A stretch of 64,000 bases of DNA from Eledone cirrhosa (GCA_964016885.1 OZ024743.1:349494001-349558000), one strand, 5' to 3'. Shown: positions 30,162-44,945, counted from the first letter of the stretch. Notes: a model not told the origin generated them from the letters alone. Translations and numbers: made by a program.

Positions 30162-30962
30162 TACATATATATACATATATACAGGATATATACATATATG
30201 GACACACTTCCACATGAACACGCAGGCACATACATACGTAAGATACCTTATGTATAGGAAAATAAAACCTGTGGTGTATCATATATATTATACACCCAGC
30301 TGGAGCGGATCTTAGTTGAGTGTTCATAAACCTAACATAAATTAAGGGATACCAAACATATAAGTAAGAATAAATAATAGATAGAAATAAATAAATACAA
30401 TTTTATAGAGATAAGCTGTGAAAGGAATTAAAATATTTTTGTTCGTATTTCAAACTTTCTGATAAAGCTTGTATTAAATTACTCATCCCATTTTTAAACT
30501 TTGAAGCCATCTAAGGGTAGCCATGTCTGTGTAGTTAAAGCATTCGTTTTCCAATGCAGTCGTTCTAATTTCGACCCAAAAGGGTGCCTTTACTTTTAGT
30601 GATGGAGAGATTTTTCACAGCCGTCCGGTATAAGACAGATGTTTTGTAACGATTTCCGTTGGTGCCTCTGTCCAGTGTTTTTCCGTCTACAATTGTAGTT
30701 TACTCGTCATGTTAGACTATTTCACTTGCCTGATGATCCTGTGAAGGCGCGCGTGAAACATCGGAACAACAAGGCTCTCTGCCTACGCATATTAAATGAA
30801 TATTTAAAATTTACTTTGGTAAACATTACTTATTGTCACGTCCGTCAAAACACATTGATACGTAAACACACACATACACATACATATATACACAAACACA
30901 CACACAAACGCGCACACTCACACACACACTCACACACGCGCACACACACACACACACACACG

Positions 30963-31030
<68 letters not shown>

Positions 31031-31034
<4 letters not shown>

Positions 31035-31685
31035 AATAAGGGCGCTGCGGAGTTGCAAATGGGTTACATATGAAAAAAGTGTGTCCTTCATCAGTGATCT
31101 TCCAACTATCATAGGCATTTCATCGCTTTAAAGACCATATACCTCCGGTTGGTGCGAGCAACGGCTAAAAAAAGTCGTTGGGACACGTAAATAAAGGGGA
31201 CGCGAGGGTAAACAAACAAAATGGTGAAGCAACAGAAAGTGAGGAAGAAGGAGACGAGTCCCAGATTTCTATGAATTTAAGTTCGGTGAAATCGTGAACG
31301 AGAGAATAAAGACCATCAAACCTGGTTGAAATGTGAGCAAGGAAGGAATTTCGCACAGGTCTAATGGGAGGAAGAAGGGGTCTGGTCTGCGAATTCGGTA
31401 AACATAAGTTCTGTGAAATCGTAGACGAGAGAGAAAAAATTCCGACCAGCTTGGCCCAGAATGTGAGAGAAAAGAATTACTCACAGGTCAAACGGGAAGA
31501 AAGAGGAGGAGGAGAGGTAGTGACAGAGAACGAGTGAGTGAAGGGTGAGGAAGAGGCTAACAGAGAAAGAGACTGCTAGAAAGGGTAAAGATACATAGAA
31601 CGAAAAAGACGGTGTAGCAGCAGAGGAAAAAATATGTGTAAATATGATAATAAGGGCGCTGCGGAGTTGCAAATGGGTTATACAC
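31031..31685. repeat. ~611-bp element with ~40-bp terminal direct repeat, following a (TA)n tract
   Basis: atgataataagggcgctgcggagttgcaaatgggtta at both ends. Segment 31089-31145 is related to 2437-2495. Confidence 0.65.
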
Positions 31686-32020
31686 ATATATATAGTGTAT
31701 TTTACTACATCCGTCAAAGGGCTTACTGAACACACAAACCGCTGTCGGGATTTAACATATCTCTATACCCACTCTGCATCTGCCCATGCATTGAGTACTC
31801 TCATGATAGGTGGTCTCACCACAAACTCTACATTCATGCGCGCGCGCACACGTAAACACACACACACACACACACATATGTATATATATATATGAATGCA
31901 TATATAGTGTATTTTGCAATACACTGTATGCTTAATTAAAAGCATTTTGAAGACCATACGCTATTGTTATAAAGAAGCGACATTGTCGCTTACTTAAATT
32001 TTCGGCAGGCAGGGGGAGAT

Positions 32021-32065
32021 AAGTTGACAGCGCTGTTTCGTACTGATTGGTATTTGTCAAAACTC
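32021..32065 (-). ncRNA. Hammerhead ribozyme, U3-A8 core (UUGACAA), inside a long hairpin
   Basis: gagtt-TTGACAA-ataccaatcagtac-GAAA-cagcgctg-TC-aactt. Stem I is extended by IR 31997-32019 / 32069-32091. Confidence 0.78.
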
Positions 32066-32560
32066 AGTACTCTCCCTGTCTGCCGAAAATTATGTATGTT
32101 GGATTCTTATAGAATTCCAGTAACAATCAGGAACAGATTTTACAGAGCGGTTGGGTTGCCGGCCCAGCAGAAATTGAAAATTAGAATTGGTGCCCTGAAA
32201 TAGCGATATATATATATGAATGTATATATAGTGTATTTTTCAATACACTCTGTATGCTTAATATCGCTATTTCATGGGAAGAGTTTGATAGAAGTAGTTC
32301 CAGAACAGTTGCGTATTAGCGCTTTTCTAAATTTAAAGTAAATGAACTTTTTACAAGTTGCCCACACGTCTGGAAACACCTATTAGTAATTACAAAGCTC
32401 CAGAATGACTAACATGAATCATCTATTATTCTTTTGAGTATCCACAGCTGTTTCCGTCGCACCGATGTATCGTGGGTTTGCCTCCCCATGGGAAGTAACT
32501 GTTTCTGCTCATGCGTATTCGTACAGTTGTTTTTCCTTTTCCGTACAACCTCACTTAAAC

Positions 32561-32599
32561 CGAGCTGATGATCTGAATAAGATGAAACAACTGTTCACG
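32561..32599 (+). ncRNA. Minimal hammerhead, slightly degenerate
   Basis: cgag-CTGATGA-tctgaataagat-GAAA-caactg-TT-cacg. Confidence 0.55.
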
Positions 32600-32639
32600 A
32601 TAATGGTGAATTAACTGTTGTGGTACTACTTATATATAT

Positions 32640-32833
<194 letters not shown>

Positions 32834-33344
32834 AAAAAGAAGTTCAAAATTCAATTGTAGTTACCGGTTTCTCAGTTTCATGATTTTCAAAAGTTCAGTG
32901 GGATGTAGCGATGTGTGGGTATACCGTCGACTAAATCACATCTAACTGGTGTTCGGTATTTTTCCGCTAATAATCGGAAGTGTCGTGGTTATTTTAGTTT
33001 TATGTAAAATGGTGGCTGAAATTGTTATTTGTTTAAATTATAATTCGATAGGCTTCTGTTGATCAGGTAATTCAGCCTCAAATTTGGTAGTACTTTCTTG
33101 CGGGACTATTATGCTTTAATAACTGTGGACAGTGGCAAATCATGTTTGTTTTTCGTGTGTTCAGTTGTCAAGAGAAGTTGGTATAGTCGGTATGTCAATC
33201 CCTAAAATTCAAAATTAGAGGAATTTTCTTTGTGTGTGAGTTTATGTGTACCTAGATCTAGTTTTTTTTTTGTTGTTGTTTCCTGTTACGAATAATAGTA
33301 ATAACAATAAGAACAATAATAATGCTTTCTGATTTAGAGATTTA

Positions 33345-33562
33345 GACACAAGGCCAGCAATTTTTTTTTTGAGGGGGGGGGGGGGGTGAATGTCGATCAA
33401 ATGACCCCAGTGCATGAAGGGTACTTTCTTTTAACGACCCGGTAAGGATAAAAGTCAAAACTAACCTCGGCCGGATTTGATCTCAGTACGTAATGTGCCG
33501 TAGATATATGCCGCAAAGCATCGTGTCCCGACGCTCTACCAATACTGCTAATCCACCGCCCT
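33345..33562 (-). mobile_element. tRNA-derived SINE (older copy)
   Basis: Family match. Confidence 0.85.
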
Positions 33563-33711
33563 GATAAGAACAACAATAATAAAATAGTAAAATAATGATC
33601 CAATCAGCAAAATGAACAAAAATTTTACGTGTCATTCAGTGTGAGTGCGTGTATATATATATATATATGTGTGTGTATGTGTGTGTGTGTGTGCGTGTGT
33701 GTGTGTGTGTG

Positions 33712-33801
<90 letters not shown>

Positions 33802-35302
33802 TGCATATGTGCGTTGGGTTGTTATAGTTCAGTATGTAACCGGGAGCACAAATATATTTTTTTATTTTGAACATTTTGAAAAAGAATTCATTGGTTTTCG
33901 TAGATCTGTGGCAGCCAGTGGTTTGAAAAGTGTAACAAAAATATCCGGAACAATATTTGTAGATACGATAACTGCTCAAATTTATATATGTAAGTAGTAA
34001 GTAACTCTGAGCAGTAGAGGAATTTCATAGGCAATCCCTCACACCTCATGCAAATGTCTCGGCCGTTAACCTCTTACACTCATTTCATAAGTTGTGGATT
34101 CCCATTTGCTGTCGGCTTCTTTTCTATTTCTTTATTTTTCATTTTAACATTCCTTGAGAGTATGCCAACTTTATGACGAAATCGAGACCTATTTCATGAG
34201 ATCATATACGGATTTGCTCGACAGAAAATCATTAATAACTTGCGAAAACAGAATTGCAGTTTTTCGAAGAGAAGCCTTTAGAGACGAAGTGAGCAAAAAG
34301 ATATTTTCTATAATGTTTCGGGTTGAATATTCCTAATATAATATTTACAGCGTCTAGCTGTTTAAACGTAAATTAATATTTTTTTTGTATACGCACGTAA
34401 GTTTACACATGAGGAAAGAAACGTTTTAAATATTTGCTTATACCCATTTTTTTAAAGGATTATTACTTTGTTCATAAACATGATGATAAGAAAGAAAAAA
34501 TAAACAAAACAAAAAACATCTCAAGACTTTAATGCCGACCAATTTCCGCGAGTTGGTCTTTTTGTTACCACAATTCCCACAATGCTAAGCGACCATCTGT
34601 TATATGTCAGGGAGACATCTGTGATCTGTTCACATTTACTGAGCTGCTAACTATATTATCGCGGAGGTGTCGCTTTACCATTTGTTCCATTTACTTTGTT
34701 TTATTTTGTTTCGTTTTGTTTCGGTTTTTTGGTTTTTTCTTAAGAGTGATTATGATGTTCTTATGTTTATGTTATATTTTTTATATATTCTTTTTTTATG
34801 TACTCATTGTTGTTTTCTTCTTTTTTTTTGCATTATTAAATTTATTTTATTTTTTCATTTAACTTAGGATCTTGTTGTCGACGTTGTTGTTGTTGTTAAT
34901 GCTTGTGTGCTGTTGTAGATCTGCTTAATATTGTAACTTAAACGGTTGTAGTAGATTCGTCATGTTGGTACTGCTATTCTCAAAAGTGTTGTTTTTCTTG
35001 GTGCTGGTTTTGGTGTTAGTGATGACAGTGGTGGGGATAGTGGTCTTAGTGGAGGGTGTAGTTAGGTTCGTGGCATTATTTTTCATGTCACTGCTGGGAA
35101 TTGATTCATTCTAATCATTTCCTTCCAATATAATTTTCTTCAATTATTCTTATTATTTTTCTCTCCCCTCATTAGACACCCTTGTGAGAAATTAATATTT
35201 GAATAGTATATAATTAGTGTTGTCGCTATTAATAATATTATTTATTATTATGAGTATAATAAATAATATTATTAATATATACTATTCAAATATTAATATT
35301 AA

Positions 35303-35928
35303 AGGGCGGTGGATTGGCAGTATCAGTAGAGGGTCGGACGCCATGCTTTCCAGCATAGTTTACGATCTGAGTTCAAATCCCGCTGAGGTTGACTTTGCCT
35401 TTCATCCTTACGGGGACGATAAAATAAAGTACCAGTAATGCACTGGGTATGTGCTGGCCTTGTGCCTAAAGTAGAAACAATTATTATGAGTATAATATAT
35501 ACGGGCGGTGGATTGGCAGTATTGATAGAGCGTTGAAAATATACTGTGTAGCATAGAGTTACTGCCCTTTACGTTCTTAGTTAAAATCCCACCGAGGCTG
35601 GATTTGACATTCATCCTTATAGGGTTAATAAAATAAAGTACCATTCTGGGGTCGATTTAATCGAGATTCATCTTCCCAAATTGTTGGCCATGTGCCTAAA
35701 TCAGAAATCATTACTATTAGTATAACATATAAAGGCAGGGGATTGGCACTATCAGTAGAGCGTTGGACACCATGTTTTGCAACATAGACTTATGACCCAT
35801 TACGTTCTGAGTTGAAATCCTTACGGGGTCGATAAAATAAAGCAGCATTAATGCACTGGGGTTGATTTAATCGACTTACTCCTCCCCTTGAAATTGCTGG
35901 CCTTGTGCGTATAGTAGAAACAACTATT
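35303..35928 (+). mobile_element. Three tandem tRNA-derived SINEs
   Basis: Copies start at ~35303, ~35503 and ~35732. Confidence 0.88.
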
Positions 35929-36184
35929 ATTATTGTTGTTATCATTATCCTCATCATTGTTTATCTTGTTGTTGTTGTTTTTTTCTAAGCAGCAGACATC
36001 AATGTCCTATCGTTGCAGCACCCTCAGGGTCCAGAGATTAACATTTTTTTTTTATTTTGTGGGGAGCAGAATAATTGAGGTGAGATTCAATAGTGTTTGG
36101 CTTGATATAGATATTATTTCCTGCGGTAACAAGTGAAAACTTAAGAAAATATAAAATAACATCAATGATAACAAAAATAATAAT

Positions 36185-37675
36185 GGTTTCATTTATTAAT
36201 CACAAGGGTCGACATATTGGCCACAAACGCCGACAATACAAAGACAAGTACCGTGGAGGTTTGTAATGAAATCGAGTGAAAATCTAAAATAACAATAACA
36301 ATAAACAAGAAAAAGGCAACAATGAAAATTCACCAATAGGGTGGATAACCACCAAGGGACGACACAGGTACCCCACCAATCCTAAACAATCCGACGCTTC
36401 TAGGACACAAGGGAATGGTACCCTTCACGCCTCAAATTAACCAACCTATGGTATCGGCTCGGTCGATAGCCGGATTCGTCCTACACGCGACAAAAGCTGT
36501 TCGTTATAAATCCACAAGTCAGTAATGCAGGGACACTGAACAATTGCGAGCAGAATGGTTTCGTCACAATGCGTGCATCTCGGGCAGCTCCGTCTGACAG
36601 CAATTCCATTCCTGTAGCGTGTAATATCGATCTGGCAGTGCCCTCCGATAGCACTGACAAGCGAGGGTTTTCTGGAAGTCAACCAGTCCCCGGCTCGAAG
36701 GGCCTCCGAAACAAATTGGTCAGTTCGACTTCGTCGACACCCAGAGCCTCCACGAGTGCATCGCGCACTTTCCCACCACTAATCTGGTATAGAGCTCGAA
36801 AGTGGAAGTGTCACTGACCTCATTGCCCAGCAGGTATAGCGTGTGGCAACGTTCCAGGTGCCAGGCGCCCAGTCTCAGTCTCTTCATGACCCACAACTGC
36901 AGCTCAATCAAAGGATGAGCTAAGGAAAGGCCTGTCTCACAAACGGTGACCATACCTGTTCACCGTTTAGGCACAATATCTGGAGATGCGGAAGCATTAG
37001 TGCATGATTGCGCATCATTATCCACGGTATGTCCAGCTATCCGCGTAAAGGGTGCTGGCAGCAGATGGACTTCTTCACCAACGGAACATGTCCGCTCCAC
37101 AAGAATTTGAAGAGGATCGTTCTAATTTGGTGAGGTGTGAACGGAGAAAGGAACTACGGTCGGGTGGTAGTAGATGAAGGGCGCGATGTATGCGCCAGCC
37201 GACCTTTAAGGGAGAGCTTCCTCCCGGCCCATTTCTGGGTTGGAGTGGCTACCCACTTTGCAACCTCGTCACAATTCTTATCCATCTGGAGTTCTCGTCC
37301 GAACCTAATCCCGGTCCATCTTTACCGGTCCATCCGTCGAGCGTCGGATGGCGCTGTTGGACCGCATGGACTTGCCTCTCCAGGGGACAAGCTGCAATCC
37401 CACCGACTTTTATGTGCTTAGTTTTGCTCCGGTCAAACTTTCATATTTGTGATGTCATCCGTATATGCCGACAGCTTTTTCGCGTCCCAGATCGATTGGG
37501 ATTCCCTGTAACATTTTCAGCTTCCGCAGTAAAGGCTCGAGAGAAACTGCGTACAGAAGGGAGGAGAGGCGGCACATTTGACGGTGAGATAGGAAGAGCT
37601 GAAACGGTTCCGAAAGATGGCCATTAACTTTGAACACCGAGTGGATGCCACTGTGGATTGCAACGATCCAGCCTC
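36185..37675 (-). mobile_element. L1/Tx1-type LINE 3' fragment, degenerate
   Basis: RT motif SVFKVNGHLSEPFQLFLSHRQMCRLSSLLYAVSLEPLL, C-terminal zinc knuckle CPRCTHCDETILLAIVQC, and AATAAA near 36195. Confidence 0.85.
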
Positions 37676-38314
37676 TATATAATATATATAGATATTTAAA
37701 AGTCGGGTTAATATATAACCTCATATCGAACGGGGTGTGAGAGAGAAAGGAAGAAGAGAGTCTAAAACTAGAAAAGAGAAATAAAAGAGTTATAGAGAGA
37801 GATGGGGAGGGGGCGACGGATATGAGAAGAGAAAAGCGGAACGAGATCGATGGACATGTCGTATAGAGGATTACATAAAAGGATAACAAAGATGGAGAAA
37901 GGATAGCTAACAAAAAATAGAACATTAACCTCATATCAATCATCAGCTTCCATCCTAACTAACATAGTTTCTCACGGAAGAGGAAGGACTATGTATATAT
38001 GCCATGCCTGTTCAACAGAACTTAAATTTCTGTTGTTCTGACACGCTGGAATATGGTAAGAAGAGACCAGTGGGGTGCGCCTACGCCAAGCCGTTGTCGA
38101 CAAGAAACCTGGGTGTCTGGTATTCTGAAGGGTACATCAGCATCAGTAGGCGACAAGAGTATCAGTTGCCGCAGTGACAACAAGAAAAGAGGTGATAGCG
38201 GGAGAAACCAAAATAGATAAAGAATGATGAAGAAAAATATATATATATATAGTTAAAACTTGGACGGAAACAAAAACAGAGAGGCAGTACAAATAAGAGT
38301 TTATTAGGTTCACG

Positions 38315-39379
<1,065 letters not shown>

Positions 39380-39506
39380 TATATATATATATATATAATT
39401 CAAGAAACAAGAGTGACAATGTTCGCTATACAATAAGGTCTTTATTCACATTGTTGACAATTGTTTCTTTGATCTGGTAGGTCTATAACGATAAACTGTT
39501 AACCCG

Positions 39507-39537
<31 letters not shown>

Positions 39538-39776
39538 ATGAAATGACAGGAGGCTGGATTTGTATAAATCCTTGAAAGGTTTATTATACTATGATCATTT
39601 CAAAAATTATACTATGATCATTACAAAAACAAAAACAAAGACGGTTGAACTGCGGTTGAACTTACGTTGAGTACTCTCTATATTATTGCATTACGATTGA
39701 CCATACTGAATAGACCAGTTCTATACAGTGGTGAACCTCAAACCTGAATATATATATATATATATATATAGTAGAA

Positions 39777-40502
39777 TATAGTAGTATATCGAGAATCGGA
39801 ATATCAGCCCACGAAATCACGATAAACAATATCCGACATGTGTGGCAGAGGGCTCAATAATTTGTATAAATCAGAGCTATAACCGTCGTTAAATTACCAA
39901 CACATAGAGATCATGCCTAAAATCACCCGTGCAGCCGAAAAAGAACGACCAGGGTGATTCGGGTCACTCAAATAATATATCAATAAATTAATAAATTAAA
40001 TGAATGTAAAACTCACCCGGACCCGCTAGAAGGATGTTAAATCTAGCTTCTTGGGTTTCTGCAATTCCTTAATCCAAACACTATCAGCCCACATAAAAAA
40101 TATATAAGACTTCTAGAGAAGGGGTGGACGCGGAACAGCTTTCTCAACGGGTTTTCGTCCGACAATACAGAGGGGACCTATAGCCAAAAACGCACATGGT
40201 AATCAGCAAGGGAGATAACCTCTATATTAGCGAAAGAATTCGGTGATGTGCAAATTATGTAAGAATACAAAATATCACATATCGAATCAGAGTGCTCAAC
40301 AGACGTGTTAAAATAAACAAGAGCTATTCATCAGTCAATAAGATCGACAAAAAAATAATCAATAAAATTAACTGGTCAATAGCTAAGGTCTAGAGCTAAA
40401 TATAGTAGAATAATCGAAAATCGGAATATCAGCCCACGAAATCACGATAAACAATATCCGACATGTGTGGCAGAGGGCTCAATAATTTGGATAAATCAGA
40501 GA
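39777..40502. repeat. ~623-bp non-coding element with ~100-bp terminal direct repeat in (TA)n
   Basis: 39777-39876 is repeated at ~40400-40502. Related fragment at ~4110-4200. Confidence 0.75.
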
Positions 40503-40511
40503 TATATATAT

Positions 40512-40830
40512 AATTAAAAATATAAGCTATCACCGTATTTTTTACTAAAGAAATTTTAAGCCTGATAGTGGGGTTTAGAACCCTTGAGAAATGGAAAAAG
40601 ATTAGTATTGACGTACATGGGAGTCGAACCCACATCTTTGGTTATCCAAACCACTGTGCTTCTGGATAACCAAAGATGTGGGTTCGACTCCCATGTACGT
40701 CAATACTCATCTTTTTCCATTTCTCTGAGGGTTCTAAACCCCACTATCGGGCTAAACATGTCTTTAGTCAAAAATACGGTGATAGCTTATATTTTTAATT
40801 TCAAACTACCTCACTGTTTCAAAACATAGT
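40512..40830. mobile_element. Fold-back element with a tRNA-like (B-box) segment in each arm
   Basis: ~135-bp inverted arms centred ~40655 containing gtgggttcgactcccat. A related single arm lies at 4864-4990. Confidence 0.75.
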
Positions 40831-40834
40831 TACT

Positions 40835-40964
<130 letters not shown>

Positions 40965-41621
40965 AGATTAAGCAATGAAGTTTCATTTATATGCTTTAAT
41001 TAATTATCGAGTTGTTACGTACGTTTCACAGATCAGTGGGTCAAGGTCTCCTATAGATGTTATGGAGCCACGGAATCCAGCATCGACCTGCTCCACCAAA
41101 AAATCGTGTTTGAGGTGATCGGTAAAGGGATAGGTATATATAATCTCCGGCCTTTTTGCATGTATGTGTGTGTGCGTTTGTAAGTGATTGAGCGTATAGT
41201 TATGGTCACTTGTGTGTGTGAGTGGGTGTAGTTGTGTGTATATATATGTGTTTTTGCCTATGTGTTCTATTTTGAGTGTGTATATATATGTATGTGTGGT
41301 TGTTTGTTTTAGGACCGGAGCATGTCGGTCAGTCAGGCGTCCATTATCAAGCCCTAGCAGATGAACATCACAATATCAAAGTAAGGCAGGAGAAAATAAA
41401 ATCCTTTTAAGGGATGAGTAGGAATTTGGTACGGCTAGGCGGTGGTGCAAGGTTTCATTTACTAGTCGGGTGACAACTACCACAACGACGGCGATAACAG
41501 CAGCGGCAAACAGCGCTAAGATCATGAAAAAAACACAACAGCAGATAGTAACATACAGACGGATCGTCAATAATGAGAGTAATACTGACGATAATAATAC
41601 AAATAAGTATAATTAGTATTA

Positions 41622-42283
41622 ATAATTGTTTCTACTTTTGGCACAAGGCCAGCAATTACCCAGTGTATTACTGGTACTTTATTTTATCGACCCTGTAAGG
41701 ATGAAAGGCAAAGTTAACCTCGGCGGGATTTGAACTCAGAATGGCAAGGGCCGTAACTCTATGCGTCAAAGCATGGCGCCCGACCCTCTACCAATACTGC
41801 CAATTCACCGCCCTTAATTAGTATTAATAATGGTTTCTTATATAGGCACAAGGCCAGTAATTTGGGGGGAGAGGAAAGTCGATTAAATCGACCCCAGTGC
41901 GTGACTGGTACTTTATGTTATCGACCCCATAAGGATGAAAGGCAAAGTTAACCTTGGCGGGATTTGAGCTCAGATCATAAAGAGCCGTAACTCTATGCTG
42001 CAAAGCATGGCGTCCAACCCTCTACAGATACTGCCAATCCACCGCCCTTAATTAGTATTAATAATGGTTTCTTATATAGGCCCAAGGCCAGTAATTTGGG
42101 GGGAGGGGAAAGTCGATTAAATCGACCCCAGTGCGTGACTGGTACTTTATTTTATCGACCCCATAAGGATGAAAGGCAAAGTTAACCTCGGCGGGATTTG
42201 AGCTCAGATCATAAAGAGCCGTAACTCTATGCTGCAAAGCATGGCGTCCAACCCTCTACAGATACTGCCAATCCACCGCCCTT
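41622..42283 (-). mobile_element. Three tandem tRNA-derived SINEs separated by taattagtattaataat
   Basis: Copies 2 and 3 are nearly identical (235-bp period). Confidence 0.92.
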
Positions 42284-42309
42284 AATTAGTATTAATAATA
42301 TTACCAATA

Positions 42310-42640
42310 ACGATATTGGATGTGGCCTCGACTCTTCTTAATTGTTTACATTTCTCCGCATACGTGGAGCTACGTACTTCGTAAATAGGTGCGCTCAATG
42401 GTGCATACATTTCACAACTTCAGACCTATAGTTGATCCCGTTGTCCTTATGTTTCAATGAGCACCTGTCATTATAGAACCAGGAGTTCAAATCTGTCCCT
42501 GTTGCTCCGATCTAACTCTAATTTCAGTTCTCTCCAGCATAAATAGTGAAACTGCAAACGAAACTAGGGGTCATGCAGTTGTTGTTTAGCGGACAATCTG
42601 TAGGAGATCTGCAGTTGGAATTTTCGAACATGAATCACCT
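42310..42640 (-). pseudogene. Decayed PLE endonuclease fragment (Naiad-like)
   Basis: Minus-strand translation NSNCRSPTDCPLNNNCM...IGATG, with stops. Confidence 0.6.
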
Positions 42641-43043
42641 ATACTACACTATACTACATATATAGCCTATCCCCAACTCACCGGCCATCATCCTTCATTC
42701 CCACTACCATAAATACACACATCGCTCTCTACCACCACCGCACCTTCTACTACAACACACTCGCTAACAGCACAGCCCCCAAACAACTGCATGTGCTACT
42801 CCACTCCACTTCCGCCATGAATAAACCTTCCTTGGCTTCGCTGTAACGAGTACTCGAGCACTGCTGCCTCCTGGACTTTACGGGAATACTTCAACACACA
42901 AACTCACGGATATACCCATACATAGACAAACACACATCCACCCTCACACACATGTACATAATATCTTTCCTCTACTGACCAAACACAACCACAAAATTTA
43001 CATGGATACACAGATACACACAATCTTTCAACACACACGCCGG

Positions 43044-43085
<42 letters not shown>

Positions 43086-43748
43086 AACACACACACACAC
43101 ACACACATACATGCACGCTAAATTACAGACTCACGTACGTAAAAACAATAGAAAAAAGTTTCATACACACGGGAGGACACACAGACATACCCAAACATAA
43201 ACACACACACACACAATCTCCCCTCTACAAATAATATACAGCCACCTATACAGAGACATACATACACACATACGTACACACTCAAATACATAAAGACAAT
43301 AAAATAAATCATCTATACACACCAGCATATAGACATAATTACAAACACACATTCAACTCACAAGTGATAAAACACACATACACACAGGCACACAATCCTA
43401 CACACTCATATACATAGAATCAACAAACTCATACGTACACTTACACACAAAAAACTAAACACTCAGATGTACACACGTACACACATCAGTGTCCACACAT
43501 CAACTTTTTTGTGACCTGCGTGGCCACACGCACACATAGGCTGAAGCCACGTACATCTATTTCGTTCCTTCAGCACATACACACAACCACACACATGACA
43601 CCAACGTACGCTCCACTCTGGCCCGCCAAGCCGGACTCGTCACCCACCTCCCCTATAACTTTCTCCTCCCAACCTTTTTTTTCTTAACTTCCTTCCCTAA
43701 CCTTCTCACACTACTCATACGTCTATCTGTTTTCTCCTTATCCGAACA

Positions 43749-43782
43749 TTCCTGAAGAAGGAATTCTGTCCGAAGCGTTGAA
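43749..43782 (+). ncRNA. Degenerate mini-hammerhead in a PLE pseudo-LTR-like segment
   Basis: ttc-CTGAAGA-aggaattctgtcc-GAAG-cg-TT-gaa. Confidence 0.55.
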
Positions 43783-43879
43783 CCCACCGCCACTTCCTCC
43801 AAGCGTGAACCTAATATAACTGTGTAATTTTGTTTCCTGTGGTCCAGTGATGGAGTTGGCATGTGTTGGTATGCATCTA

Positions 43880-44945
43880 ATCCATCATTATACCCACTCC
43901 TATTTAAAGACTCCTAATACCTTACGTTTTCGTTAAAGATTTTTTCATTAATTCATGGCCTAGAAACTTTCATATAGATATTGTCTTTGAGGCCATTAAT
44001 GATGGAGCTTGTGAGGTGGAAGAACTGGTTTTTATAGTGTAGGTTCTCGTACGGCTTATTGATGGGGAGGTACAGATCGATGGTCATGTCAATAGTGATA
44101 TCGAGAATGTTCACTTACTTAGGGTTATTCTCAAATGTTACTGAGAGGTTGTAATTTTGAAGACATGTCTGATGTGTTTACCGCGTCTCTCCAGTGCCAA
44201 TAGGAGGTGGTTTTTCAACGTTAGGAAATAGACGTCGTGGTATAGCCCGCAGCATATATCAGGGAAATAGTCCTTAAGTTTAGAGAAAAAAGAAAGAGTC
44301 CTACTAAGTCCGTAACATGATCAGAGTCCATCGAACTCATAGAAACATCAACATAATTACAGTAGGTTTTACCGGTCCAATGCTCGTTACCGAACTCTGT
44401 GATTGTGTTCCTAGGATGTAGGATTATGCCTATTTCTTTTGTGGTCATGTCCAATTTACACATAGGAAAGTTTAGCACCAGCCTGAGTAGTATAGTTGAG
44501 ATTAAGACGTAGTATCCATCAATATGAAACTAAGAAAGGTTTTTCTCTGTAAGTTGAGTGAACCTTTCGATTAATTTGCCGGTGTTCTCTCAGAGAAGAG
44601 TTTCACGTACTTCCTAATTGTTATAATCCGGTTTAAAATCACATTACTAATTCTACCGATGTCGGATTTGGATGGGCTGATAAACATAATAGAGTGATTT
44701 GTGTTGATGTCTAAGTTATGGTCCTTAAGGCTGAACTTTATGTATTTAGGTTGGAATGGCTCCCTTCTATCTTCAATATAGAATTGGTTGACTATTGTGT
44801 AAGATACATTGTGGATTTGCTTTAGTGCGTTATTGTCCGTTATTGTCCTTGCGGATTAAGTCATAATATTCTTCTATTCCCATGTGATATAGGTGGCCAG
44901 TTGTATCCGAGTTGCACAGTATTTTGTTCTATGTATAGTTGCAAT
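43880..44945 (-). pseudogene. Decayed PLE reverse transcriptase fragment
   Basis: FSLKDHN...FISPSKSDIGRIS parallels 62307-62555. MSSMDSDHVTDLVGLFL is RT motif B-like. Confidence 0.7.
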
